From contig CBDFKD010000002.1 of assembly GCA_965248695.1 (NCBI GenBank), positions 4,960,001 to 5,024,000 of the forward strand: DNA of 64,000 bases, read 5' to 3'. Made by a program: the position numbers and the translations under genes. The notes beneath the pieces were generated by a model. It was not told the DNA's origin. It saw only the letters and a program-made list of their open reading frames with translations, and searched no databases. Shown here one piece after another: positions 32,952 to 42,916 of the stretch. Numbering within the stretch: the stretch's first letter is position 1; each line of letters opens with the position of its first letter. This DNA is from Acidobacteriota bacterium. Lineage in GTDB: Bacteria; Acidobacteriota; UBA890; WLXD01.

Positions 32952-32987
32952 ACCCTTGATGGCCTCACGGGGCCAATCTTAAAAGGT
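32952..32987 (-). promoter_or_regulatory. PyrR-binding RNA loop
   Basis: Minus strand ACCTTTTAAGATTGGCCCCGTGAGGCCATCAAGGGT matches the UUUAA + CCnGnGAGG PyrR element, upstream of the terminator and pyrR. Confidence 0.88.
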
Positions 32988-33082
32988 CGATGCCGCCAGC
33001 CTACTCAGCCGCCGGGCAGGCGTCAACTCGCCGGGCGACCGTGATTTGCTGCCCCGCCGGACCCCATGCTAGCCTGCGCTCG

Positions 33083-33892
33083 ATGTTCGACCGGCGGCTC
33101 GTACTGGAGTCAATTCGCACCCTCTCGCGTCGCTATTTCGTGATGCAGTACCGCTGTCCGGACATCGCCGCCGCGTCGCTGCCGGGTCACTTCGTGATAA
33201 TATCGGCGAGCGATGCGATCGACCCCCTCCTACGGCGGCCAATGGCGATCTATCGCGTCGTTCGCGAGGCGGGGACGGCGGTGGGGTTCACGCTGCTAGT
33301 CGAGCGCACCGGCCGCGGCACGACCCTGATGGCGAGCGCCCGACCTGGCGACGTGGCAAGCGTGCTTGGCCCGCTCGGGCGCCCCTTCCAGCTGCCGTCG
33401 GCCGCGGAGCTCGACGATCACGAGGACCTTCTGGTAATGGGTGGCGTTGGAGCGGCCCCGTTTCCGCTGCTGGCCGAGGTCCTCGTCCGCCTCGGAGCGC
33501 GGGTACGGGCATTCGTCGGCGGGCGCACGCGCGACGACCTGCTCTGTGAGGACGACTTCGAGCAGCTCGGGGTACCGGTTGATGTTGCGACCGACGATGG
33601 GTCTGCTGGCCACCACGGCTTCGTCACGAGCACACTCGAGGCGCATCTGCGAAGCGCCGGTGGCACGCCGCGCATCTACTCGTGCGGCCCCACGCCGATG
33701 ATGCAGGCGGTCGACGAGGTCGCCGTGCGTCATCGCTGCGATCATCAGGTGAGCCTCGAGGCGCCGATGGCCTGCGGGATCGGCGTATGCCTGTCGTGCG
33801 TCGTTCCGGTCCAGGTCGGTGACAGCTGGCGGTACCAACGCATCTGTCGCGAGGGCCCGGTGTTCGATGCGGCTCGGCTGGGGTGGCGATGA
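33083..33892 (+). CDS. pyrK: Dihydroorotate dehydrogenase electron transfer subunit
   Basis: PLLRRPM, GPLGRPF, GGVGAAP, SCGPTPM, EAPMACGIGVCLSC, CREGPVF. Confidence 0.93.
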   Translation: MFDRRLVLESIRTLSRRYFVMQYRCPDIAAASLPGHFVIISASDAIDPLLRRPMAIYRVVREAGTAVGFTLLVERTGRGTTLMASARPGDVASVLGPLGRPFQLPSAAELDDHEDLLVMGGVGAAPFPLLAEVLVRLGARVRAFVGGRTRDDLLCEDDFEQLGVPVDVATDDGSAGHHGFVTSTLEAHLRSAGGTPRIYSCGPTPMMQAVDEVAVRHRCDHQVSLEAPMACGIGVCLSCVVPVQVGDSWRYQRICREGPVFDAARLGWR

Positions 33893-34827
33893 GCGATTCG
33901 CAAGCAGACGTCGATCTGCGGGTGTCGTTGGGTGGCGTCGAGCTCAAGAACCCCATGCTGCTGGCTTCGGGAACGGTCGGGTACGGCGAGGAGATGGCCG
34001 AGCTCATCGACCTCGACCAGCTCGGCGGCATCGTGGTCAAGGGCCTGTCGCTCGAGCCGGAACGCGGCAACGCACCACAGCGAATCGCCGAGGTCCCGGG
34101 GGGGATGCTCAACTCGATCGGTCTGCAGAACGTCGGGGCCGATGCCTTCGTGCGCGACAAGCTGCCATTCCTGGCGCAGTTCGATCTGCAGGTGATCGCC
34201 AACGTCTGGGGTAGAACGGTGGACGAGTACGTCGGTGTCGCCGCCCGTCTGGACGCTGCCGACGGTGTCCACGCGCTCGAGCTCAACGTCTCGTGTCCGA
34301 ACATCAAGGAAGGCGGAATCAGCTTCGGCACCGACCCGGTGCAGATCCATGCGGTCACCGCGGCGGTCCGTGCGGTTACCGACAAACCCCTCTGGGTGAA
34401 GCTCGCGCCCGGGGTGACAGACATCGGCATCATGGCTCGCGCCGCCGAGGAGGCGGGCGCTGATGCCCTCGCGGTGGCCAATACCATCCGGGGGATGGCC
34501 ATCGACGCAGGACGCCGTAGGCCGCTCCTGGCCACGATTTACGGTGGGCTTTCCGGTCCTGCCCTGTTTCCGATCGCCTTGTATTTGCTTTACGAAGTAT
34601 CTCTTATCTCGTCGTTGCCTTTGATAGGCATCGGTGGCGTATCTGAGCTAGATCATGTGCTCCAGTATTTGATCGTGGGCGCGACGGCAGTTCAGATCGG
34701 CACAGCGAACTTTTACGACCCGACGGCATCGCAGCGTTTGGTCAACGAGCTGGCGAGATGGTGTGGCGATGAAGGGATTCAGTCGATACGCGAAGTCATC
34801 GGAACGCTTCAAGTGGGTGAGCCGTGA
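33889..34827 (+). CDS. pyrD: Dihydroorotate dehydrogenase (class 1B) catalytic subunit
   Basis: KNPMLLASGT, MLNSIGLQN, ELNVSCPN, VKLAP, GGLSGP, VQIGTA. Confidence 0.95.
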   Translation: MSDSQADVDLRVSLGGVELKNPMLLASGTVGYGEEMAELIDLDQLGGIVVKGLSLEPERGNAPQRIAEVPGGMLNSIGLQNVGADAFVRDKLPFLAQFDLQVIANVWGRTVDEYVGVAARLDAADGVHALELNVSCPNIKEGGISFGTDPVQIHAVTAAVRAVTDKPLWVKLAPGVTDIGIMARAAEEAGADALAVANTIRGMAIDAGRRRPLLATIYGGLSGPALFPIALYLLYEVSLISSLPLIGIGGVSELDHVLQYLIVGATAVQIGTANFYDPTASQRLVNELARWCGDEGIQSIREVIGTLQVGEP

Positions 34828-35230
34828 GACGACATTGGCCGCTTCGCGGCACCTGCTGGTGGCGGTCGCCGGCGTCGCCTTAACGGTGGCCGCCAGCGGC
34901 TGCGCGACGCAGCTCCGTCCCGCAGCGCGGCCCGGATGGCACTCGTCCGAGATGGTCGCATCGTGGTACGGACAGAAGTACCATGGCCGCCAGACAGCGA
35001 GCGGCGCCGTGTTCGACATGTACAAGATGACCGCAGCGCACAAGACCCTGCCGTTCGGGACGCGCCTGCGGGTGACCCATCCCCGCAACCGGCGCTCCGT
35101 CGTCGTAGAGGTCAACGACCGCGGTCCCTTCATCAAGGGACGTGACCTGGATCTGTCCATGGGAGCCGCACAGGCATTGGCGATGGTCGACGAGGGGGTC
35201 GCCCGGGTGCAGATTGAGCGAATGAATTGA
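34817..35230 (+). CDS. RlpA-family (DPBB) septal lytic transglycosylase lipoprotein
   Basis: Lipobox ASGC, ASWYG..YHGRQTASG, TAAHKTLPFGT, VNDRGPF. Confidence 0.92.
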   Translation: MSRETTLAASRHLLVAVAGVALTVAASGCATQLRPAARPGWHSSEMVASWYGQKYHGRQTASGAVFDMYKMTAAHKTLPFGTRLRVTHPRNRRSVVVEVNDRGPFIKGRDLDLSMGAAQALAMVDEGVARVQIERMN

Positions 35231-35934
35231 GTCGGCCGCGACTTGTCGTCGCGATGGATGTCCCTGACGCTGAGCGCGCCCTCGCAGTTGCCGAAAGCCT
35301 GCGCGGGTGCGCCGACGTCCTGAAGGTCGGCCTCGAGTTGTTTACCGCCCAAGGGCCTGGGCTGGTCCGCGAGCTGATGTCGATGGGTTGGGGAATCTTC
35401 CTCGACCTGAAGGTGCACGACATTCCGGCCACCGCAGCCGGCGCCGTACGAGCCGCCGTCGATCTCGAGGTGGAGCTGCTCACGCTGCACACCAGCGGCG
35501 GCCGCAAAATGCTGGAAGCAGCGGTGCAGGCGCGTGGCGCATATCGGCTGCCGCGGTTGCTCGGCGTGACGGTGCTGACCAGCCTCTCCGCCGCCGATTT
35601 GCCGGCCATCGGTCTCCTCGATGATCCGGCTTTGCTGGTCGAACGACGATGCCGGCTGGCCCACGATTGCGGCTGCGACGGTGTGGTAGCCTCGGTCCGA
35701 GAGGCTCCTTCGATTCGCGCGCGGTGGGGGCCGGAGTTCCTCGTCGTCACCCCCGGCATTCGCCCCGCCGGCGCCGATGTACACGATCAGGCCCGCGTCG
35801 CCACGCCGGCCGCCGCGGTGGCCGCCGGAGCTGACTACCTGGTCGTTGGACGCCCGGTGCTGCAAGCGGAGGACCCGGCAGCGGCGGCGACCGCGATTCG
35901 CGCCTCGATGGAGTCAGACCAGGGTGCAGACTGA
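35227..35934 (+). CDS. pyrF: Orotidine-5'-phosphate decarboxylase
   Basis: KVGLELF, FLDLKVHDIP, VTVLTS, VTPGIRP, VVGRP. Confidence 0.96.
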   Translation: MSRPRLVVAMDVPDAERALAVAESLRGCADVLKVGLELFTAQGPGLVRELMSMGWGIFLDLKVHDIPATAAGAVRAAVDLEVELLTLHTSGGRKMLEAAVQARGAYRLPRLLGVTVLTSLSAADLPAIGLLDDPALLVERRCRLAHDCGCDGVVASVREAPSIRARWGPEFLVVTPGIRPAGADVHDQARVATPAAAVAAGADYLVVGRPVLQAEDPAAAATAIRASMESDQGAD

Positions 35935-36697
35935 TCGCAGCGTGGACGAATCGGCGACCGAACGCGACGGCTATTCGCTGACGTCCCTCGAGCAGCGCAT
36001 CGGCTACGACTTCGACGATCGTGCGCTCCTCGTTCGGGCGCTTACGCATCGCTCGTTTGCGAACGAGCAGGGCGCCGGGGCAGACGACAACGAGGTTCTC
36101 GAGTTCCTCGGCGACGCGGTGCTGGGGCTGATTGTCAGCGACCTCCTTTGCCGTCGATATCCGTCGATGAATGAAGGGCAAATGTCGAAGCTGAAGTCTT
36201 TCCTGGTCTCGGCAGAGACGCTCGCCACCCTCGCAGAGGAGCTCGGCCTGGGGCAGTTCGTCATCCTGGGCCGTGGCGAGGAGAAGACCGCCGGCCGCAC
36301 CAAGAACTCGATCCTGGCGAATTCTCTCGAGGCCTTGATCGCCGCGCTGTACGTCGATGGCGGGCTCGAGCGCGCCACCGAGTTCGTCCTGATGCGCGTC
36401 GAACCGCTCATCGGGCCGGTCGCCGATCAGCTCCCGCCGACCCGTGACTTCAAGTCGGCGCTGCAGGAATACCTGCAGGCCTCCGGCCTACCCTTGCCGC
36501 TGTACGAGGTTGTCGACGAGGTGGGTCCCGATCACCAGAAGACGTTCCTCGTTCAGGTCAGCGCGGGCGAGGACCAAAGTGCCGTCGGCAAGGGAAGCAC
36601 CAAGAAACGCGCCGAGCAGGTTGCGGCGAAGATGCTGCTAGAGCCCCTGCTGGAGCGCCCTGAGGCCCCCGAGGAACGTCTCCCGGCAGGCGATTAG
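35924..36697 (+). CDS. rnc: Ribonuclease III
   Basis: ALTHRS, NEVLEFLGDAVL, EALIAALY.D, dsRBD DFKSALQE..GPDH. Confidence 0.96.
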   Translation: MQTDRSVDESATERDGYSLTSLEQRIGYDFDDRALLVRALTHRSFANEQGAGADDNEVLEFLGDAVLGLIVSDLLCRRYPSMNEGQMSKLKSFLVSAETLATLAEELGLGQFVILGRGEEKTAGRTKNSILANSLEALIAALYVDGGLERATEFVLMRVEPLIGPVADQLPPTRDFKSALQEYLQASGLPLPLYEVVDEVGPDHQKTFLVQVSAGEDQSAVGKGSTKKRAEQVAAKMLLEPLLERPEAPEERLPAGD

Positions 36698-37791
36698 CAC
36701 GTCGGGGCCGGCACTGGCGGACGCGCGATCCAACCGCCGCCGAGCAGAAGATCACCGTCGTAAAACGCCACGCCCTGTCCCGGGGTGACCGCCGACTGCG
36801 GCTCGTCGAAGGTGACCTGAAAGCGGTCTCCGGGCAGCGGAGTGACGATGGCCGCAGCCTCGCGATGTCGATGACGGATGCGTGCCCGAATCCGCAAGGG
36901 TGTGGCCGGGGCGTCGATGGCGAGCCAGTTGCAGTGCGTCGCCAGCAAGGTCGTGGTTTCCAGCCCGGCGCGTGGCCCGACCGTCACGCTGGCAGCGTCG
37001 GCGTCGATGCCGAGCACGTAGAGCTTGTCGCTGCCGGAAATGCCCAGGCCCTTGCGCTGGCCGATGGTGAACCGGTGGATACCGTTCGCCCGCCCGAGCC
37101 GCGTCCCGGCGACGTCGCGTATGGCGATCGCTTGCTCCGAGGCAGCGGGTCGGTGTCGCTCGACGAAGGCGTTCTTGTCGCCGTCGGGGATGAAGCACAG
37201 CTCGTAGCTCTCCGGCTTGTCGGCGACGCACAGCTCGAGACGACGTGCCTGGTCGCGTACCTGATCCTTGTCGAGATCGCCGATCGGGAAGCGCACGTGG
37301 CGAAGCTGCGCCGCAGGGACGTCGAACAGGAAATACGACTGGTCTTTGTCCGCATCGACGCCCTTGCGCAGCTGCGGCCGGCCGTCGTGCTGACCGAGCC
37401 GCGCGTAGTGACCGGTCGCCAGCGAGTCGGCTCCTAGGCTGCGAGCCAGTCGCTGCAACAGTCCGAACTTGACGCTGCGATTGCAGCGGATGCACGGGCT
37501 CGGCGTATCGCCAGCAGCATAGGTGTCGAGAAACGGCTCGACGATCTGCGCCTGGAACGCTGCCGTATGGTCGAAGACGTAGTGCGGGAAGTCGAGGTGC
37601 GCCGCCACGGCGCGCGCGTCGGCGACATCAGCGGGAGAACAGCAGCGTCCGAGTCCGCGGGCGCCGTTGGACTCGCCGTAGTCCCAGAGCTGCAGTGTGA
37701 TCCCGACGACCTCGTGTCCCTCCTGGCACAGGATCGCGGCGGCCGCACTCGAGTCCACCCCGCCGCTCATCGCAACCGCGACCCGGCCCAT
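36694..37791 (-). CDS. mnmA: tRNA 2-thiouridylase MnmA
   Basis: AMSGGVDS, PCIRCN..VKF, ATGHY, KDQSYFL, FTIGQRKG, AVTPGQ. Confidence 0.96.
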   Translation of the reverse strand: MGRVAVAMSGGVDSSAAAAILCQEGHEVVGITLQLWDYGESNGARGLGRCCSPADVADARAVAAHLDFPHYVFDHTAAFQAQIVEPFLDTYAAGDTPSPCIRCNRSVKFGLLQRLARSLGADSLATGHYARLGQHDGRPQLRKGVDADKDQSYFLFDVPAAQLRHVRFPIGDLDKDQVRDQARRLELCVADKPESYELCFIPDGDKNAFVERHRPAASEQAIAIRDVAGTRLGRANGIHRFTIGQRKGLGISGSDKLYVLGIDADAASVTVGPRAGLETTTLLATHCNWLAIDAPATPLRIRARIRHRHREAAAIVTPLPGDRFQVTFDEPQSAVTPGQGVAFYDGDLLLGGGWIARPPVPAPTC

Positions 37792-37792
37792 T

Positions 37793-38950
37793 TCAGCTCT
37801 CCACGCCCGCGCGTCCGCCGTCGGTCGCCGCCTCGACACATCCGACGATGCGTGACGCCAGCCCGGCTATCTGCTCGCGATCCGTGCCGTATCCAAGCGA
37901 CAGCCTCAGCGCACCACTCTGATAACGGCGTGGCACGCCGAGCGACTCGAGCACCGGTGACGCATGCGCCACTCCGCTGGCGCAGGCTGATCCGGCAGAT
38001 GCTGCGATGCCCTCCAGGTCCAGGCAAGCCACCAGTAGGTCTCCCGGGCACTCCGCAAAGCACAGATGGATCGTGTTGGGCAGGCGTGCGGCGGTGGGCA
38101 CCGTCACGCGCACGTCGTTGGCCGACTCGACGATCTCGTCGCTGAGCTCGCTCGCTAGGCCCCCCACGCGCTCGGCCTCGCCGCCGTGACGCGCGCGGAC
38201 GCGGGCGCAGGCGGCACCGAAGCCGGCGATGAGGCCGGTGGGCTCCGTGCCGGCGCGCCAACCTCGCTGCTGGCCGCCGCCCCGCAGCAACGGCGTGGGA
38301 TCGAGTGGCCGACGCAGGACCAGTGCACCGATGCCTGGCGGCCCGCCGATCTTGTGGCCCGAGAGGCTGACCATATCGACTTCATCGAGCAGATCGTCGA
38401 GGTCCAGCCAGGCTGCCGCCTGTACGGCATCGCAATGCATGTGAACTCCACGACGGCGGGCGATAGCGGCAATCTCGCGTATCGGCTGGATGGTTCCGGT
38501 CTCGTTGTTCGCTGCCATGATCGAGATCAGCATCGTATCGTCGCGCAGCGCCGCTTCCACCGCCGCCGGGTCAACGCGCCCCTCGGGGTCGACCGGCACC
38601 TGAGTCGTCTCGACCCCGAACGCCTCGAGCGCTGCCGACGGCTCCTGCACCGCCGGATGCTCGATCGCCGAGATCACCAGGTGCCCTCCCGGCGGCCATC
38701 CGAGCAAGCCGGTGACCGCCAGATTGTCGGCCTCGGTGCCGCCGCTGGTGAACACCACGTCGAGCCCACCGCACAGATCCAGAACTTGCCGCCGGGCGAT
38801 CTCCACCGCGGCTCGGGCGCGCTGACCGTCGCGGTGAATGCTCGACGGGTTGGCAGCCGTATCGGCGAGCCAGGGATCCATCGCCGCACGGACCTCGGCA
38901 GCTAGCGGCGCTGTGGCGTTGTAGTCGAGGTAGATGCGAGGACCGTGCAT
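37793..38950 (-). CDS. Cysteine desulfurase (IscS/NifS family) coupled to mnmA
   Basis: IYLDYNATAP, NPSS.H, FTSGGTEADN, SGHKIGG, SAGSAC. Confidence 0.93.
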   Translation of the reverse strand: MHGPRIYLDYNATAPLAAEVRAAMDPWLADTAANPSSIHRDGQRARAAVEIARRQVLDLCGGLDVVFTSGGTEADNLAVTGLLGWPPGGHLVISAIEHPAVQEPSAALEAFGVETTQVPVDPEGRVDPAAVEAALRDDTMLISIMAANNETGTIQPIREIAAIARRRGVHMHCDAVQAAAWLDLDDLLDEVDMVSLSGHKIGGPPGIGALVLRRPLDPTPLLRGGGQQRGWRAGTEPTGLIAGFGAACARVRARHGGEAERVGGLASELSDEIVESANDVRVTVPTAARLPNTIHLCFAECPGDLLVACLDLEGIAASAGSACASGVAHASPVLESLGVPRRYQSGALRLSLGYGTDREQIAGLASRIVGCVEAATDGGRAGVES

Positions 38951-39086
38951 CGTGTGAGGATGCCACGGCTTCTCGAAGGGCAAAAGACAGGGCCGCGTCA
39001 GCGTCCGGGGGCATGGTAGCCTCATTGGCCGACGTTTCTTGGAATCCTCCCAGGTCCCGCGGTTCGCCCGCGCGAGGTTCGAGCCC

Positions 39087-40253
39087 ATGTCCGAGTTCGA
39101 AGAGCTCGATTTCTATGCCATTGACGAGCTTCTGTCCGACGAGCAGAGGCTCGCGCGCGATACGGTTCGGCAGTTCGTGTCCGACCGTTGCCTGCCGATC
39201 ATCGAGGAGCATCAGGCGAAGGGCACGTTTCCGACCGAGCTCATCGAGCCCATCGCAGAGCTCGACCTGCTCGGAGCGAACCTGCCGGAGGAATACGGCT
39301 GCGCCGGACTGGAGAGCAGCACGTACGGGCTCATCATGCAGGAGCTCGAGCGTGGCGACTCCGGTATTCGCTCGTTCGTATCGGTGCAGGGCGCCCTGTG
39401 CATGTACCCGATCTTCGAGTTCGGATCCGAGGAGCAGCGGCGCCGTTGGCTTCCGGAGATGGCGAAGGCGAAGGTGATCGGCTGCTTCGGTCTGACCGAG
39501 CCCGACGCCGGCTCCGACCCCGGCGCCATGCGCACGCGCGCGGTTCGCGACGGCGACGACTGGCTCCTCAACGGCGTCAAGATGTGGATCACGAACGGGA
39601 CCATGGCTCATATCGCCATCGTCTGGGCAGCGACCGATGACGGCATCCGCGGGTTCATCGTGCCCACAGACACGCCCGGGTTTCAGGCGCTGCACGTAAC
39701 CGGCAAGTACTCGCTGCGAGCTTCCGACACTGCCGAGCTCGTCCTCGAGGACGTGCGCGTGCCGGCCGACGCTCTCCTACCCGGCACCGGCGGCCTCAAG
39801 TCGCCGCTCATGTGTCTGAATCAGGCTCGCTATGGGATCGCATGGGGCGGCGTCGGCGCGGCGCTGGCATGCTTTGACGAGGCTCTTCGCTACGCCGGCA
39901 ACCGGATCGTCTTCGACACGCCGATCGCATCGAAGCAGCTCATCCAGGGGCTGCTCGCCGATATGGCGTCGGAGATCACCAAGGCCCAGCTGATGTGCTG
40001 GCGCCTGGGACAGCTCAAGGACGCCGGCAAGGTCAAGCCGTGGCAGATATCGATGGCGAAGCGCAACAACGTGCGTATGGCGCTGGAGACCGCCCGCAGG
40101 TGTCGCGAGATCCTGGGCGGCAACGGCATCCTCGACGAGTATCAGGTGTTCCGTCATTTGGTGAACTTGGAGACCGTCTACACCTACGAAGGCACCCATC
40201 AGGTGCACACTCTGATCATCGGCCAGGCGCTCACCGGGCTGTCGGCGTTTTGA
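39087..40253 (+). CDS. Acyl-CoA dehydrogenase (glutaryl-CoA dehydrogenase-like)
   Basis: ELERGDSGIRS, GCFGLTEPDAGSDP, ARYGIAWG, TYEGT. Confidence 0.9.
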   Translation: MSEFEELDFYAIDELLSDEQRLARDTVRQFVSDRCLPIIEEHQAKGTFPTELIEPIAELDLLGANLPEEYGCAGLESSTYGLIMQELERGDSGIRSFVSVQGALCMYPIFEFGSEEQRRRWLPEMAKAKVIGCFGLTEPDAGSDPGAMRTRAVRDGDDWLLNGVKMWITNGTMAHIAIVWAATDDGIRGFIVPTDTPGFQALHVTGKYSLRASDTAELVLEDVRVPADALLPGTGGLKSPLMCLNQARYGIAWGGVGAALACFDEALRYAGNRIVFDTPIASKQLIQGLLADMASEITKAQLMCWRLGQLKDAGKVKPWQISMAKRNNVRMALETARRCREILGGNGILDEYQVFRHLVNLETVYTYEGTHQVHTLIIGQALTGLSAF

Positions 40254-40289
40254 GCCCTGTCCTCGATCCTCGGGTGCTCTCGGGCATCG

Positions 40290-40319
40290 TTGACCGGCTT
40301 GCGACGGCGTTGCTACAGT
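40290..40319 (+). promoter_or_regulatory. Putative sigma70 promoter for tRNA-Gly
   Basis: TTGACC-18 nt-TACAGT with extended TGn. Confidence 0.6.
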
Positions 40320-40348
40320 CATGGTGCCGGTGCTGCCGCCGTGCCGCG

Positions 40349-40421
40349 GCGGGTATAGCTCAGTTGGTAGAGCGTCGGCTTCCCAAGCCGAAGGCCACGG
40401 GTTCGAGCCCCGTTACCCGCT
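40349..40421 (+). tRNA. tRNA-Gly(CCC), CCA not encoded
   Basis: Acceptor GCGGGTA/TACCCGC, D arm AGCTCAGTTGGTAGAGC, anticodon stem TCGGC-TTCCCAA-GCCGA, T loop GGTTCGAGCC. Confidence 0.97.
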
Positions 40422-40485
40422 CTTGACGTTTTCCAGCAGCGTCTCCAGGTAGCGATCCGTGCTGCCGCATACAACCGAGGACACC

Positions 40486-40827
40486 ATGTCGGACAACGCG
40501 AGCAGCGCGCGTTCCTATCTGGGGCCAGGCTGTGTTTTCGAAGGCGATATCCGCGGTAGCGGGTCGCTCGAATGCCACGGCACAGTTACCGGCACAGTGA
40601 CCTTGGACGGCGAGGTCGTGATCGGTGAGCGTGGGCGCGCCAAGGCCACGCTGTGCGGCGAACGGATCGTCATCGATGGCTTTCTGGACGGCGACGCCAG
40701 CGGCATGCAGAAGGTCGAGGTGGGGGCGACCGGTCAGGTGACCGGCGACATCCGAGCGCCTTCCGTCGCCTTTGCCGAGGGGGCGGTGTTCGAAGGCAAC
40801 GTCGAGATGCGGGTCACAAAGGAATGA
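40486..40827 (+). CDS. Bactofilin (polymer-forming cytoskeletal protein)
   Basis: Beta-helix pattern LGPGCVFEGDI..G.V.G.V..IGE..GDIRAP..AEGAVFEG. Confidence 0.88.
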   Translation: MSDNASSARSYLGPGCVFEGDIRGSGSLECHGTVTGTVTLDGEVVIGERGRAKATLCGERIVIDGFLDGDASGMQKVEVGATGQVTGDIRAPSVAFAEGAVFEGNVEMRVTKE

Positions 40828-41948
40828 AGGTCGGCGTCGTCAGGGAGATCAAGCCACAGGAGCATCGGGTCGGCTTGGTGCCGGCCGGCGTTCGGCTGAT
40901 CGTCAACGCCGGTGCGGAGGTGCTGGTCGAAGCCGGGGCCGGCCTCGGGAGCGGGCTTCCCGACGATCACTACGAGGAGGCCGGAGCGCGCTTGATCGAC
41001 AGCGCCGCCGACGTCTGGGCGGCGGCCGATCTGATCGTCAAGGTCAAGGAGCCGGTGGCGGAGGAGTTCGGCTATTTGCGGCCGAACCTGACGCTCTACA
41101 CATACCTTCACCTGGCGCCGTTACCGGAGCTGACCGAGGCGCTGCTCGAAAACCAGGTGACCGGGATCGCCTACGAGACCGTCGAGTTGGCCGACGGCTC
41201 GTTGCCGCTGTTGGTGCCGATGAGCGAGATCGCCGGTCGGATGTCGGTGCAGGTCGGAGCCCACTTTCTAGAGAGGGCTCAGGGCGGCCGTGGTGTGCTG
41301 CTAGGCGGAGTGCCGGGCGTGAACCCGGCCGACGTGGTGGTGATAGGCGGCGGCATCGTCGGCCGCAACGCGGCGCGCGTGGCCTATGGAATGGGGGCCC
41401 ACGTCACCGTTCTGGATACCAACCCGCGGACGCTGCAGTACATCGACGACGTGTTCGGCGGCCATGTGAACACCATCATGTCGCATGCGACAACGGTCGA
41501 GGCGTGGTGCCTACGAGCCGATCTGCTGGTCGGAGCGGTGTTGATTACCGGCGCGGCGGCACCCAACGTGGTCCCGGCCGAGGTGGTGTCGAAGATGAAG
41601 GACGGGGCCGTCATCGTTGACGTGGCGGTGGACCAGGGTGGCTGTATCGAAACGACACGCGCTACGACGCACCGCGATCCGACGTTCCTGGTTGACGGCG
41701 TGGTCCATTACGGGGTTACCAACATGCCGGGGGCGGTACCGCGTACCTCGACATTCGGGCTTACCAACGTCACGGCGCCCTACCTGGCGCATCTGGTCGC
41801 CCTGGGCGTCGAGGACGCCCTGCGTTGCGATCCGGTCCTGGCGCTTGGCGTAAACACCTATCGGGGGCACGTTACCTGCGCCCCCGTCGCCGCGTCTCAG
41901 GGACGCCAACACACGCCGTTGGACGAGCTTCTGCGGGATGAGCTCTGA
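40824..41948 (+). CDS. ald: Alanine dehydrogenase
   Basis: EIKPQEHRV, KVKEP, YLHLA, PMSEIAGR, DVAVDQGG, NMPGAVPRTST. Confidence 0.96.
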   Translation: MKVGVVREIKPQEHRVGLVPAGVRLIVNAGAEVLVEAGAGLGSGLPDDHYEEAGARLIDSAADVWAAADLIVKVKEPVAEEFGYLRPNLTLYTYLHLAPLPELTEALLENQVTGIAYETVELADGSLPLLVPMSEIAGRMSVQVGAHFLERAQGGRGVLLGGVPGVNPADVVVIGGGIVGRNAARVAYGMGAHVTVLDTNPRTLQYIDDVFGGHVNTIMSHATTVEAWCLRADLLVGAVLITGAAAPNVVPAEVVSKMKDGAVIVDVAVDQGGCIETTRATTHRDPTFLVDGVVHYGVTNMPGAVPRTSTFGLTNVTAPYLAHLVALGVEDALRCDPVLALGVNTYRGHVTCAPVAASQGRQHTPLDELLRDEL

Positions 41949-42744
41949 GCATCGCGCCCGCGCCACCCATCTTCGGGTGCTCCTCGACGCGGATCTTCCC
42001 GGTGCCGCCAACATGGCCGTCGATGCGGCCCTGCTGGAGGGTTCCGGAGCGCACGAATACAGCATGCGCTGGTACGGCTGGGCCCGTCCGACCGTATCGA
42101 TTGGCTACGCGCAACCGTGGCGGGAGGGCTTCGATCCGCAGCGCGCCAGACGGCTGGGCGTCGATCTTGTCCGCCGCCGCACCGGCGGCCGCGCCGTGCT
42201 CCACGCCGGCGAGCTCACCTACACCCTCACAGGCCCGACCGGGTCGGGTCCCTTCGCTGGCGGAGTGCTGCCGACCTATCAGGTCATCGCCGACGGTATG
42301 GTGGTCGGACTCCGGCGGCTTGGTGCCGAGGTCGAGCTGGTACGGGCGCGCGGTAGACGCCAGCGAGATCAGCCAGGCGCCTGTTTTGCCGCCAGAGCTC
42401 TGCACGAGGTCATCGGTGACGGGCGCAAGCTGCTGGGGAGCGCCCAGCGTCGTCAGGCGGGTCGAGTGCTGCAGCACGGCTCGCTGCCGCTCCTGCCGCC
42501 CGATCCAGCCTTGTGGAGCGTGCTCGGAGGCACCGGCGCGGGCGCCGCGCGCGAGTCGGTGGGGCTGTACGAGCTGCTACCGGGGCGACCGAGTCGGCGG
42601 GTGATCGCCATGACGCTGGCGCGCGCGGTCGCCCAGACTCTCGGTCTGGCGGCGCGTGTCGCGCGCCTGAGCCACGCCGAGCGGGTTGCCGTAGCGCGTC
42701 ACCAAGAGCTGTACGCCGACCGGAGCTACACGCTGCGACGCTGA
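41938..42744 (+). CDS. Lipoate-protein ligase A / octanoyltransferase family protein
   Basis: NMAVDAALL, RRRTGGRAVLH, RKLLGSAQ, LQHGSL. Confidence 0.88.
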   Translation: MSSEHRARATHLRVLLDADLPGAANMAVDAALLEGSGAHEYSMRWYGWARPTVSIGYAQPWREGFDPQRARRLGVDLVRRRTGGRAVLHAGELTYTLTGPTGSGPFAGGVLPTYQVIADGMVVGLRRLGAEVELVRARGRRQRDQPGACFAARALHEVIGDGRKLLGSAQRRQAGRVLQHGSLPLLPPDPALWSVLGGTGAGAARESVGLYELLPGRPSRRVIAMTLARAVAQTLGLAARVARLSHAERVAVARHQELYADRSYTLRR

Positions 42745-42790
42745 TCGGCGGCCGTGCTGAGGCCAACGGCGCCGTGCTATTCTGACCCTC

Positions 42791-42916
42791 GAGGGGTTGC
42801 GAGGGCGCGTAACCTGAAGGGCACGTGGGTTTGTAGACGCGGGCTGGGGATGGTTCGGACGCCACAGCCCGTCCGGGTCCTTGTCACGGTCCCGTGGCCC
42901 GGCGGTCACCTCCGAG
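42791..42916 (+). ncRNA. Candidate structured leader / sRNA upstream of the tonB-like gene (unidentified)
   Basis: Extended -10 TGCTATTCT at 42775-42783; stems GGTTGCG/CGTAACC, GCGGGCTG/CAGCCCGT, CCGGGTC/GGCCCGG. Confidence 0.3.

Noticed and set aside
39061-39086. GGTTCGAGCCC matching the tRNA-Gly T arm (possible att duplication or tRNA fragment)
   Set aside because: Only 11 bp, upstream of the tRNA, with no cloverleaf and no integrase.
42840-42872. GGTTCGGAC T-loop-like and GGGGATGG fluoride-riboswitch-like motifs
   Set aside because: The remaining tRNA, SRP or riboswitch elements are absent; kept only as an unidentified structure candidate.
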